This document shows, in pieces, positions 1-11,402 of a stretch of DNA of 64,000 nt. The stretch comes from Octopus sinensis (Eukaryota). A program made the position numbers and the translations under genes. Position 1 is the first letter of the stretch; each line of letters opens with the position of its first letter. The notes beneath the pieces were generated by a model. That model was not told where the DNA came from. It saw nothing but the letters and a program-made list of their open reading frames with translations, and made no database searches. The stretch lies in the NCBI RefSeq assembly GCF_006345805.1, contig NC_043006.1, positions 69,502,001 to 69,566,000 of the forward strand. The letters are read 5' to 3'.

Positions 1-1124
1 ATATATATAGATATATACATAGATATACATATATAATATATTATACATATATATATAGACATATATGCATATATCTAACAAGATACATATATACATATAT
101 ATACACATATACATTATATATATACATATATATATATATCTATATATAACATATAAATATAATATATGCATATATATACACATATACATATATATATACA
201 TATATATAATATACATATTATAGATACATATATGCATATAGATACATATAAATATAGATATATACATATATGCATACAGTATACATACATACATATTATA
301 TACACTATACACATATTATATACATATATATATATATATAGACAGATAGATATATACATATAATATATATACACATATATATATATAACCATATAGATAT
401 ATATTATCATACATATATACATATATTATACTATATATACTATATATATATACAATATATATTATACATTATATATATATATACATATATATATATTACA
501 TAGATATATATAGACATAATATATATATATCATATATACATATATACATATATAACGATATAATTATACATAGATAATAGATGACATATATATATATAAG
601 ATATATACAATATACTATATATATATACATATATACATATTACATATATATATACTATATTCATACATATAGACATATAACATATATATAGAGATATATA
701 TATACATATAGATATATATATATACATATATATATTACATATACAGATAACATATACATATATACATATATATAGACATATATCATATTATATATAACAT
801 ATATATATAAATAGATACAGATATATAGATCATTATAATATAACATATAAGTACAATATTATACATACATATATATACATTACACTATATATATATTACC
901 ATAGATACATACATACATATATACATACATACATATATACAGAATACATAGATAATACATATATATACCATAAATATATACATAATATATATACTACATA
1001 TATACATACATATATATACATAGATACATACATAGATACATACATATATATAAACATATTATATACAATATATTATATACACATATATAGTATATAACCA
1101 TATACACATATATACAATATAAAC

Positions 1125-1155
<31 letters not shown>

Positions 1156-1378
1156 ATATAGATATATAGACATATATATATATACATAGATATATACATA
1201 CATATATAGATATATATACATAGTGATATAATAGCTACATATATATATTATATACTACATATATACATACAATATAGATATATACATATATATTATATAT
1301 ACATGATATATAGATATATTATCATATATACATATCTATACATATATACATATATACATATATACATATATAATATAC

Positions 1379-1409
<31 letters not shown>

Positions 1410-2917
1410 CTATATATATATATACATATATATATATATTACATATATATACATTATATATTATACATACATATATATATATATACATATATATCTAATA
1501 CATATATATACAATATATATATATACATATATATACATATATATATATTACATATATATATATACATATATATATATATACATAGATTACATATATATAT
1601 ATATATACATATATAAAATAGATATATACATTATATATATACATATATATATATATACATATATATAAACAGTATATATATATACATATATATACATATA
1701 CATATATATATATACATATATAATATATACATATATATATACATATAATATATACATATATATATAGACATATATATATATACCATATATATATAACATA
1801 TATATATACATAATATAATACATACATATATATATACACATATATATATACAACAATATAATACACATTATATATACACACATATATAATACACATAAAT
1901 ATACATATATAACACATACATATACACTACATAGATACACATACATATATAAACATATATATATACACATATATATATATACAAATAGATATATAGATTA
2001 CACACTATATATATACACACTATATATATATATACACACATATATATATACAACACATATATATATACACAACATATATATATATAACACACATATATTA
2101 TATACACACTATATATATATACACACATATATATATATACCACACATATATATATATACACACAATATATATACACATATATAATACACATTATATATAG
2201 ACACATATATATATATACACATGATATATATAACATAATATATACACATATATATATACACATATATATATACAATATATATATACACACACATATATAT
2301 ACACATATAGATATATACACATATATATATATACACATATATATATATACACATATATATATAACATATATATATACACATTATATAATTACACATATAT
2401 ATATACACATAGATATATAGCACTAGATATATTACACATATATATATACAATATATATATACACATTTATTACACATATATATATACACATATATATATA
2501 CACATATATATATACACATATATATATATACACATATATATACACACATATATATACACATATATATACATACACATATATATATATACACATATATATA
2601 TATACACATATATATATATACACATATATATATATATACACATATATATATACACATATATATATATACACATATATATATATACATATATATATATACA
2701 TATATATATATACATATATATATATACACATATATATACATATATATATACACATATATACATACATATATATACACATATATACATACATATACATACA
2801 TACATATACATACATACATATACATACATACATATACATACATACATATACATACATACACATACATACACATACATACATACACATACATACATACACA
2901 TACATACATATACATAC

Positions 2918-2980
<63 letters not shown>

Positions 2981-3090
2981 CATATATATATATACATACA
3001 TATATATACATATACATATATACTTATACATATATACTTATACATAATATATATATATATATATATATATAATCTATATATATATATTAT
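1..3090. repeat. Giant degenerate (TA)n/(TACA)n/(CA)n microsatellite tract
   Basis: About 3 kb of alternating purine-pyrimidine sequence. All ORFs here are Y/I/C/M/V low-complexity artefacts. Confidence 0.97.
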
Positions 3091-3113
3091 ATTTTTTAAG
3101 CAAACACACTTAC

Positions 3114-3128
3114 GCACCAGAGTGTAAA
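3114..3128 (-). CDS. Candidate 15-nt frame-preserving microexon of the EAAT gene (adds V-Y-T-L-V+C)
   Basis: Minus strand reads cttttcag|TTTACACTCTGGTGC|gtaagtgt. It has a consensus donor and is stop-free in the phase-1 frame left by the 121-nt exon. The pyrimidine tract is short, so it could be chance. Confidence 0.35.
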
Positions 3129-3673
3129 CTGAAAAGTTTACTAACCGCTATTTTGAGTTCCACGGTTCCGATCTTCGAGCGGTAATGAATGTTGGAGCGA
3201 ATGGCCAAAATGTTTTAATCATCCTGCTGTCACAAAGTCTCCTGGTCTTTGATTACCCCCGATTTTTTTTATTGTATTTATTTTAAATATTTTTCATCCT
3301 TTTTAAAAATGTTCTTATGTCTGCCAACAACAAAACAGCAAGACGTCATATGCCCAAACGTTTTCATGAGAGATACAAGAAAAAAAGTGTTCTTCTTGCA
3401 GTGTCCAATCTAAATCTAGCGTTATTTTCAGTTTCTTTTCCTCTAGACGCTCCAACATTCGCTGCCATAAGAATATCGGAACCATGAAAGTCGGTTAATA
3501 AAATGTCTTATTTGTCTTGCAAGACATAAACATGTCATGAATACTCCTTCTTTGTCTCTGTGTGCATACATAGACATGTGTGTGAGAGATGTTACGTTTG
3601 CGCAATTTTCAAATTCTTTTTCAGAATCCTCGTACATATCGGCATATGTATGTATGTATGCATGTGTGTGTGT

Positions 3674-3716
<43 letters not shown>

Positions 3717-3742
3717 ACGTGTGCGTGTGTCCGTCCACTTAC

Positions 3743-3863
3743 CTGTGTCGTTCATGAATGTTAGGTTCTGTGTGCTGAGGGCCAGAGAGGAGATGGTGGA
3801 TGTGAAGATGTCTGTGGCATTCTCTACCACAGGTGGTTCCTCCAGGACCTCTTCTGTACGGAA
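3743..3863 (-). CDS. SLC1A: Internal coding exon (121 nt) of the same SLC1A/EAAT gene, extracellular glycosylated loop: FRTEEVLEEPPVVENATDIFTSTISSLALSTQNLTFMNDT+G
   Basis: Minus strand reads ctctttttctttctctcattcag|TTC CGT ACA...AAC GAC ACA G|gtaagt. It starts in phase 0, matching the 43-nt exon. FRT corresponds to the F/Y-K-T that follows ACFxQ in EAATs. Three N-glycosylation sequons (NAT, NLT, NDT) are as expected for this loop. Confidence 0.85.
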
Positions 3864-4056
3864 CTGAATGAGAGAAAGAAAAAGAGATTGATTATAGGTA
3901 TGGTAAATGGAACGAGAGGGAGATATGTATACAGAGAGAGACAGAGAGAAAATGAGCGACTGAGCTCCATATATATATATATATATATACACTGATTAAT
4001 AAACAAATTTATTGTAGATAGACGAATTGACAAACATGTAATATAACTAATTCTAA

Positions 4057-4643
4057 AGCGGAGAGCTGGCAGAAACGTTAGCACGCCGGGTGAAATACTT
4101 AGAGGTATTTCGTCTGCCGCTACGTTCTGAGTTCAAATTCCGCCGAAGTTGACTTTGCCTTTCATCCTTTCTGGGTCGATAAATTAAGTACCAGTTACAC
4201 ATTGGGGTTGATGTAATTGACTTAATCCGTTTGTTTGTCCTTTTTTGTCCCCTCTGTGTTTAGCCCCTTGTGGGTAGTAAAGAAACAGGTATTTCATCTG
4301 TCTTTACGTTCTAAGTTCAAATTCCTTCGAGGTCGACTTTGCCTTTCATCCTTACGGGGTCGATAAATTAAGTACGAGTTACACACTGGGGTTGATGTAA
4401 TTGACTTAATCCGTTTGTCTGCCCTTGTTTGTCCTCTCCATGTTTAGCCCCTTGTGGGCAATAAAGAAATAAGAAACATTAGCGCACCGGGTGAAATGTT
4501 TAGCAGTATTTCGTCTGTCTTTACGTTTTGAGTTCAAATTCCGCTGAGGTCGACTTTGCCTTTCATTCTTTCGGGGACCATAAACGTACTGGGGTCGATC
4601 TAATCGACTGCCACCACCCCCATCGTGTGCCTAGAGTAGAAAA
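4057..4643 (+). mobile_element. SINE family A (tRNA-derived head GGCGAGCTGGCAGAA...GAGTTCAAATTCC), head-to-tail trimer with 17-bp TSD
   Basis: Three tandem copies of the core GTCGACTTTGCCTTTCATCCTTTCGGGGTCGATAAATTAAGTACCAG, flanked by the direct repeat aatataactaattctaa at 4040-4056 and 4644-4660. Confidence 0.9.
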
Positions 4644-5185
4644 AATATAACTAATTCTAACACGAACCAACGAGACATCAACTCCATGGTCGCTAGATCT
4701 GTTAGAATTATCACGCAAATCTCACTCATAATGAACTCCGTCGTTATGCTGAAATGCTAGATCAGATAAGGTAGCTCTACATATCTGTAATCAGACAAGA
4801 TGGCCGTGAATTTGATGTTTCATTAACAAGGTTACTTAACCTGGAGCTAAACAACAGCAACAACAAAAATAGTATTCCTTAATTTATCATACAGAAGAGA
4901 GATTTTTCTCATGCGACTTCAGCGCAATCCTTGTCATATTATAATTAACGATAAGATAGCGCTCTTGTTGAACTGGTCGAGATAAGTTAGCGGAACCATT
5001 AGTACGTCAGAGAAAAATGCCCAGTAGTAGTTTTCCCAGCTCTTTAGACTCTGAGTTCAAATTTCATCACTGAGGACAAAAGAGCCTTCAATCCTTCTGC
5101 AAACGATAATATAAAAAAAAGTACTCAAATACTGGGATCGATATAATCCACCGCTGCCTTTCTTTCGTTTGTGGTCGATAAAATA

Positions 5186-5746
5186 TTGGGTTGTCCGGAA
5201 AGTTCGTGCCGATTTTTAAAGGAAAGAAAAAGGTCAATAAATACTTGCCATTACATTTTTAATCGACCAAATATGAACCATTTTGTTGCACAATGCGTCT
5301 TCGTCTTTCCTTTAACTTGAAAATACCCTCTTCCCAGAATTGGGGTGGTTTCATGGCAAAGAATTTATCAAGGTATCTTTTTACGTCATCCGAGGAATTG
5401 AAATTTCTACCATTAAGACTATTCTGCAGAGACCTGAATAAGTGGAAATCCGAAGGAGCAATATCTGGTGAATATGTGGGGTAACACATCCAAGCCGAGC
5501 TGCAGCAATTTTTGTCTGGTTTCCAAAGCATCAAGTGCCGAAAATGAACTTTCTTATCTTCCATTTTAAATGGTTACAGAATTAACAGAGGTTATAGGAA
5601 CATAAAACTTCTTCCACGAAAAGATAGCTTAAACTGTGCTCTAAATGGAGGTGTAGTAAAATCCTAGTTTATGGACTCAACCATGTTCTAAAATAAGTCG
5701 AAAGGCAAGCTACTATAAATCGGCACGAACTTTCAGGACAACCTAA
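5186..5746 (-). mobile_element. Internally deleted mariner transposon (mellifera-like)
   Basis: ~30-bp TIRs TTGGGTTGTCCGGAAAGTTCGTGCCGATTT / AAATCGGCACGAACTTTCAGGACAACCTAA with TA on both sides (5184-85, 5747-48). ORF 5259-5564 fuses the N-terminus MEDKKVHFRHLML to the C-terminus YSPDIAPSDFHLFRSLQNSLNG...NGSYLVD. Confidence 0.95.
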
Positions 5747-6084
5747 TACAATATCAGCGCAGGGAAATGAACTGATAACGTTGTTAGACTGTCGGGCGAG
5801 TTACCTTGCGGTTAGGTTTTTTTAATTCCATCAAGATAGCAATGCCCAAGAAAAATCACCCAACCATGAAAGCTCTACATCCAAACCACAGTTGGGTAGC
5901 TTAGACAGAAGAGCTACAACCGGCATTGATAAACCAACAACGCAATGGTAATGCCTTCATCCATCTGTGGATCGTCAATGGCCGAGTAAAAAAGAATTTA
6001 CTCTACGTGATTAGGTGGGACGTTAAATTCCAAGTAAGGCGAAAGCGTTATGTAACAGATAAGTATAGAAGGATTGAAAACATT

Positions 6085-6350
6085 CTCTTTTTCACCCCAG
6101 CCATCATCGACTTTTTCATGTTCCACTTGGAAAGGAAAGTGAAGGTGAAATTTGTCAAAAGGTGTGTGACTGTGACAAAAATGGTTAGTGTGTGAGGGAA
6201 ACTACTGTAACATAGGTCTATGGATAGCAGGAGAACTGGGAGAGGGCTCGTACTCTTGAAACTCAGAGTGAACATGAATTTGTAGAGCCCATTGACTAAC
6301 ATAAATTAGAGGTTCTGCATTTTGAAGTCTCCGCGCCATGTAATCACATA
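6085..6350 (+). mobile_element. Possible 3' end of a Tx1/L1-like LINE (degenerate)
   Basis: Peptide IIDFFMFHLERKVKVKFVKRCVTVTKMVSV resembles, from recall, the C-terminus of L1/Tx1-clade ORF2. No other hallmark seen. Confidence 0.35.
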
Positions 6351-6535
6351 TTAAATACGAAATATTCTTTCATCTACTTTCTCCCCGTCAGTTTTTCTCC
6401 CATCAAATACTTTTATGCAAATCCTTCATGCGAAGCGTAACCGTTGTTTGTAATGTTCACTTATTGAATGCCCCTGCGGTTCAGAAAGAGAATCATCATT
6501 ATCATCATTGAAATATGCATCTGTCCCTCTCTCGC

Positions 6536-6566
<31 letters not shown>

Positions 6567-6680
6567 TATATATATATTATATATGTGTGTGTGTGTATAT
6601 GTGTGTGTGTGTATATATGTGTGTGTGTGTGTGTCCTCATGTATATATAACTGATATTATATACATAGTAATACTAATAA

Positions 6681-6898
6681 TCCTTTGTACTATAGGTAGA
6701 AGGCTTGAAATTTGGGGGGAGGGGAGTAAGTCGATTACATCGACCCCAGCACTCAACTGGTACTTAATTTATCGACCCCGAAAGGATTAAAGGCAAAGTC
6801 GATCTCGGCGGCATTTGAACTCAGAACGTAAAGACAGACGAAATGTCGCAAAAGAATTTTGCTCGGGGTGCTAACAATTCTGCCAAGCTCGCCACCTT

Positions 6899-6958
<60 letters not shown>

Positions 6959-7168
6959 CCTTTCTACGACAGGCACAAGGCCTGAAATTTGGTGGGAGAG
7001 AATAAGTCGATTACATCGCCCCCAGGGTTCCACTGCTACTTAATTTATCAACTTCGAAAGGATGAAAGATAAAGTCGACCTCGGCGGAATATGAACTCAG
7101 AACGTAGCGACACACGAAATCCCGCTAAGCATTTTGCCCGGCGTGCAACGATTCTGCTACCTCATGGC
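6681..7168 (-). mobile_element. Two SINE family A copies separated by (TAA)n
   Basis: Reverse complements of the family A core at ~6681-6898 and ~6958-7168, with (TAA)~19 between them. Confidence 0.88.
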
Positions 7169-7171
7169 TTT

Positions 7172-7222
<51 letters not shown>

Positions 7223-8814
7223 CACACACACACAATATATATATGTATAATATGATATGATATAACATAATGTAATATACATATGTATAATCTATGTACA
7301 AGAAGAGAAATAGAGTGAGATGAGGGACTTATTTAATCTTATTAATTATTTATATTTGTGCGTATGTTTACGTTAATGTTAATATGTATGTCTACATCTG
7401 CGTTTGTATGTCTGCGCGTGTGTATCTGCTAATATATAATATATATTCTGACAATGATTATGAGAGAGGTTTTTTTTTGTCATTTAAATCTCTTTCGAGT
7501 TTTATTGATTATTGATCTATATTCGTTAATGGTGATTAATTTTGACAAGACACAAGGCTTATTATTTGTGAGAGGCAGTCATAACAATTGATTAAACTGA
7601 TGCCATCATATTATTTTATCGACCATGGCAAGGATGAAAGGCGAAGTTTACTCCGCCTTCAGTAGGAACTTTGAAGAGATTCAACTTAAAACTATATCTT
7701 ATCCACGTAATACTACATTCTATATCACAGATTGATTTATCGCCTGCAGGACAGGGGTTGGGGTGCGTAGACTCGGGGGAGAAGAAAGCAGTACATTATC
7801 ATTTCTTATTGAAATCTGAGGGTATGGAAGGCAGATCAATTCCGGTTTGGTTTAAACAGTGAAACTAAGGAAAAACCGCAAGGCATTTCGTCCGGCATCC
7901 TTGTAGCAAATACAAACCGTCATCCCCACCCCGACCTAGGCTTAAGCTAGATGACGTTAAAGTAACATCGCTAAGGTGGTGGACTGAACCCATGTCTTGT
8001 TTCTACCACCATCTCCAGACCCTTGTGGATCCTTCGTCAAGTACACTTGAGTGATAGGCATAATGTTACCTTGTTTCAAGCCCGATCAGATTCACGGGAT
8101 CATTTATTGGGATACAGCTTACTGAAAATATTTTTATTCGGTTTGAAGTTATCCCCTTCTTCGAATCAGTTTCAAAACCCTGAATAGAGTCACGGAGAAC
8201 AGGGCTATCCTTTCTTCCAAGTCATTAAAGAACGAAGTCCGACACACTGAGGCCACACAGTTCTAGAAAAGAAATATGGTCCATACCAGTATATCACTCG
8301 TATATTCCAGTATATTTTGACACGATTCTAGGAAAAAATACCAGTATATTACTGGTATCTCGCTGTATACATTGACAGAAAGACGCCCATTTCTAGGGAA
8401 GAGTCATAATGTGTTGGCGGTATTTAGTTTTCCGAACGCTGGTGAATGGCAATCAAAATTGACGTTATCTTGGTTTGAACCAGGAACGCAAACGGCACTA
8501 ATTAAATGTACCAAAGCAATTAGTCTTGCTACATTCAGTCCCCTTTGCCCCCCCCCCCCCCCCGGCATCATAAGTATTAATGCTCTTTATGGCAAAAGTA
8601 AGGTGAGAGTTTAACAGGAAGAACAGATATTTATATATGACAGGTTACTTCCACACAGTTTCCATTTACCGAATTCACTCACAAGGCATTGATAGTCCTG
8701 GAGTTAATGAAGATACTTGCCCAAGGTTCCGCAGGACTAAACCTGAAACCACAGGGTTGCGAAGTGAGCTTTTTAACCAAACAGCCATGCCTTCGCTCTT
8801 CTTTTTATATTAGA

Positions 8815-9300
8815 CTAGCTGACACCGTGCCGTCAAAACTGACGGCTAATTGTAGTATTTTATATTTAATACGGTATAAAATAAGACACATAATAATCAG
8901 ATACAAACATTCACATACTTCCTTTGTACACGCACACATACATACACACATATTCTCACACAGAGTTGAAATGCTGTTAGATTTTTCTTTTCAGCGTTGA
9001 ACGTTCACCCTCCCATTTCCCTTGCACAAACGCGCTCACACACCTCCCTTTTGCATACACATATATACTCTCAGAATTGAAACGCAGATTTCGTTATTCA
9101 TTTATCACCCCTTCTTTTCTCATTCATATGTTGTGACGAAGAAAAACAGAAGATACACGACGCGCTCTTTGCCACTTCCTTTCTCTCCTTCTCTCTCTCT
9201 CAGCCAGGGTTATTACTCTCACTACTTGTCCTTTGCTGAACTACTATTTTCTCTCCTCCCCCTTCACTTATCCTACTTTTTCTCCTACTCCGTGATTTTG
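8815..9300 (-). mobile_element. Helitron-like non-autonomous element, 3' terminus at 8815 (5' boundary uncertain)
   Basis: On the minus strand a GC-rich hairpin GCCGTCA-GTTT-TGACGGC (8829-8846) lies 10 nt upstream of terminal CTAG (8815-8818), followed by T. This is the canonical Helitron 3' signature. Confidence 0.6.
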
Positions 9301-9301
9301 G

Positions 9302-9343
<42 letters not shown>

Positions 9344-9571
9344 ATATATATATATATATATATAAACACTATGCACATTAATATATTAGATTAGTTAAAG
9401 TTAGTCTTGAGTTCTTAGGCCTAATTGGACGGCGATGATGCTTGTTTCCGTGGTGATTGAACAATTGAGGGTACAAGACCCTCCCTCTTGAACGAGACAC
9501 CAGTTTGTCCCAGAGTTAACCTCCGCCTACCGCTGGTGTTCATTTTCAACCGAGTGAACTGAAGCAAAGAA

Positions 9572-9639
<68 letters not shown>

Positions 9640-9699
9640 TGCGCGCACGCACATGCATGCACGTATGCTTTTATGCAAGTGTGTGTATGCGTGTGTCTT

Positions 9700-9890
9700 T
9701 GCGGTTGTCCACCACCGTTTGACAAACGGGGTTGGTTTGGTTACTTCGCATTAACTTAGCGATTCGACAAAAGTAACCGATACAATAAGTACCAGATTTA
9801 AAAAACACTGCAGCCGATTTGTTCAACTAACACCCGTCAAGGCGTTGCCGCAGTATGGCCGCAGTCTAAAGACTGAAACAAGAATGAAAT
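9700..9890 (+). mobile_element. Degenerate 3' half of SINE family B
   Basis: Matches the family B tail ...aacttagcg.ttcg.caaaag..accgata.aataagtac...tggccgcagtc...gactgaaacaag. Confidence 0.7.
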
Positions 9891-9929
9891 AAGGAGAGAA
9901 AACGAGGTAAAAAGTGTATACAGAAGCCC

Positions 9930-9981
<52 letters not shown>

Positions 9982-10003
9982 GTGTGTGTGTGTGTGTGTG
10001 TGT

Positions 10004-10285
10004 ATCCTGTAAATAATAATAATGGTATTTTCATATAAGCTTAAAGCTTATGGCGATCACCGTGCAATGACTAAGGAAAATAATCTAATAAAAGGACATA
10101 TAAACCCTCGACAAAAAAAAAATTAAAAAGCTTTCCTATCCGCGGATAGGAAAGCCTTCTCTTCTCTCTTTTTTCTGTCGAAGCCTTATATGTCCCCTTA
10201 TTAGACTATTTTCTTTAGTCATTGCACGGTGATTGCCATAAGCTTTAAGCTTATATGAAAATACCATTATTATTATTTACAGGAT
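10004..10285. repeat. 282-bp fold-back (imperfect palindrome), possible MITE
   Basis: ATCCTGTAAATAATAATAATGGTATTTTCATATAAGCTTAAAGCTTATGGC... is mirrored at 10285. It has a perfect 26-bp central palindrome GCTTTCCTATCCG|CGGATAGGAAAGC (10130-10155). Confidence 0.92.
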
Positions 10286-10328
10286 TGTAAACACGGCACC
10301 GTATAAAAGAACCATTCGCACCGAAAGC

Positions 10329-10368
<40 letters not shown>

Positions 10369-10369
<1 letters not shown>

Positions 10370-10555
10370 GGGAGAATTCACAAACAAAAGACGAAGACAG
10401 GTGGTGTAAACAACAAATAGATGTGTTAGTATAATGCTCAGGAATAGAAAAGTCTTTAACGTTTCAAACCTACGCTCTTCCACAGAAAGGAACACAGAAA
10501 GAAACAAGGAGAGAAAATAAAGAATGTGCAGTGGCTAGCGATCTATCATGGCGAA

Positions 10556-10556
<1 letters not shown>
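10369..10556 (-). mobile_element. Penelope-like pseudo-LTR fragment carrying a minimal hammerhead-like motif (10454-10489)
   Basis: Minus strand reads CTTT-CTGTGGA-A-GAGC-GTAG-GTTT-GAAA-CGT-T-AAAG. A second copy of the repeat is at 18019-18118. Both abut (TA)n/(CA)n-like sequence. Confidence 0.55.
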
Positions 10557-10599
<43 letters not shown>

Positions 10600-11073
10600 T
10601 TCCATGTTGTCCAGTCTTATCAATTATTGACCATGGCAGGTGAGAGCGTGACCTGGTAATATCAGTAATAGGTCATGTAGGATCAGTAACAGGCCAAACA
10701 GGGTTAGCTATTATTCGTGTAATTATATTCCGTCATATTCGCCATACAAGATCAACAAATTCTAAAATGTCTGCATCATGTTTTAATAATCTCATTTTAA
10801 GACCACCGCTTTTGGTTCAACCTATTGGTTTCCAGTTACTCTTTGCTAAAATATTCTGTATTCCCTCGGTGGATATTTCATAATGGTTTTCGAGTTACAT
10901 GAATCCTCTGTCTTACTCATATTTCTGATAAATACAATTATTTGCATATTTTGTTTCTGTTTAATGTTTCCCTATCAAATTGCATGTAAAACACACTCCC
11001 ACCGTTAGTTTGTTTATTTATTCAATTTGTCATTTTAATGTCTCCGCGACTGACTTGTAGTAGTAAAAATTTA

Positions 11074-11349
11074 AATTATTATTATTATTATTATTATTAT
11101 TATTGTTATTATTATTATTATTATTGTTATTATTATTATTATTATTATTATTGTTATTGTTATTGTTATTATTATTATTGTTATTATTATTATTATTGTT
11201 GTTATTGTTGTTATTATTATTGTTGTTGTTATTGTTGTTGTTGTTATTGTTATTGCTGTTGTTATTGCTGTTGTTGTTGCTGTTGTTGTTGTTGTTGTTG
11301 TTACTGTTGTTGTTGTTGCTGTTGCTGTTGCTGTTGCCGTTGCTGTTGT

Positions 11350-11384
<35 letters not shown>

Positions 11385-11400
11385 TTATTATTATCATTAT
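11074..11400. repeat. Compound trinucleotide microsatellite (TAT)n>(TGT)n>(TGC)n
   Basis: Directly visible. It produces the spurious poly-L/N/C/T ORFs. Confidence 0.95.
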
Positions 11401-11402
11401 TT

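Noticed and set aside
114-3117. Many 60-300 aa ORFs rich in Y/I/C/M/V
   Set aside because: These are translations of (TA)/(CA) microsatellite, open in several frames on both strands.
3621-3992. 123-aa ORF as a complete gene
   Set aside because: Only 3743-3863 is bounded by splice sites. The flanks are microsatellite and polypyrimidine tract.
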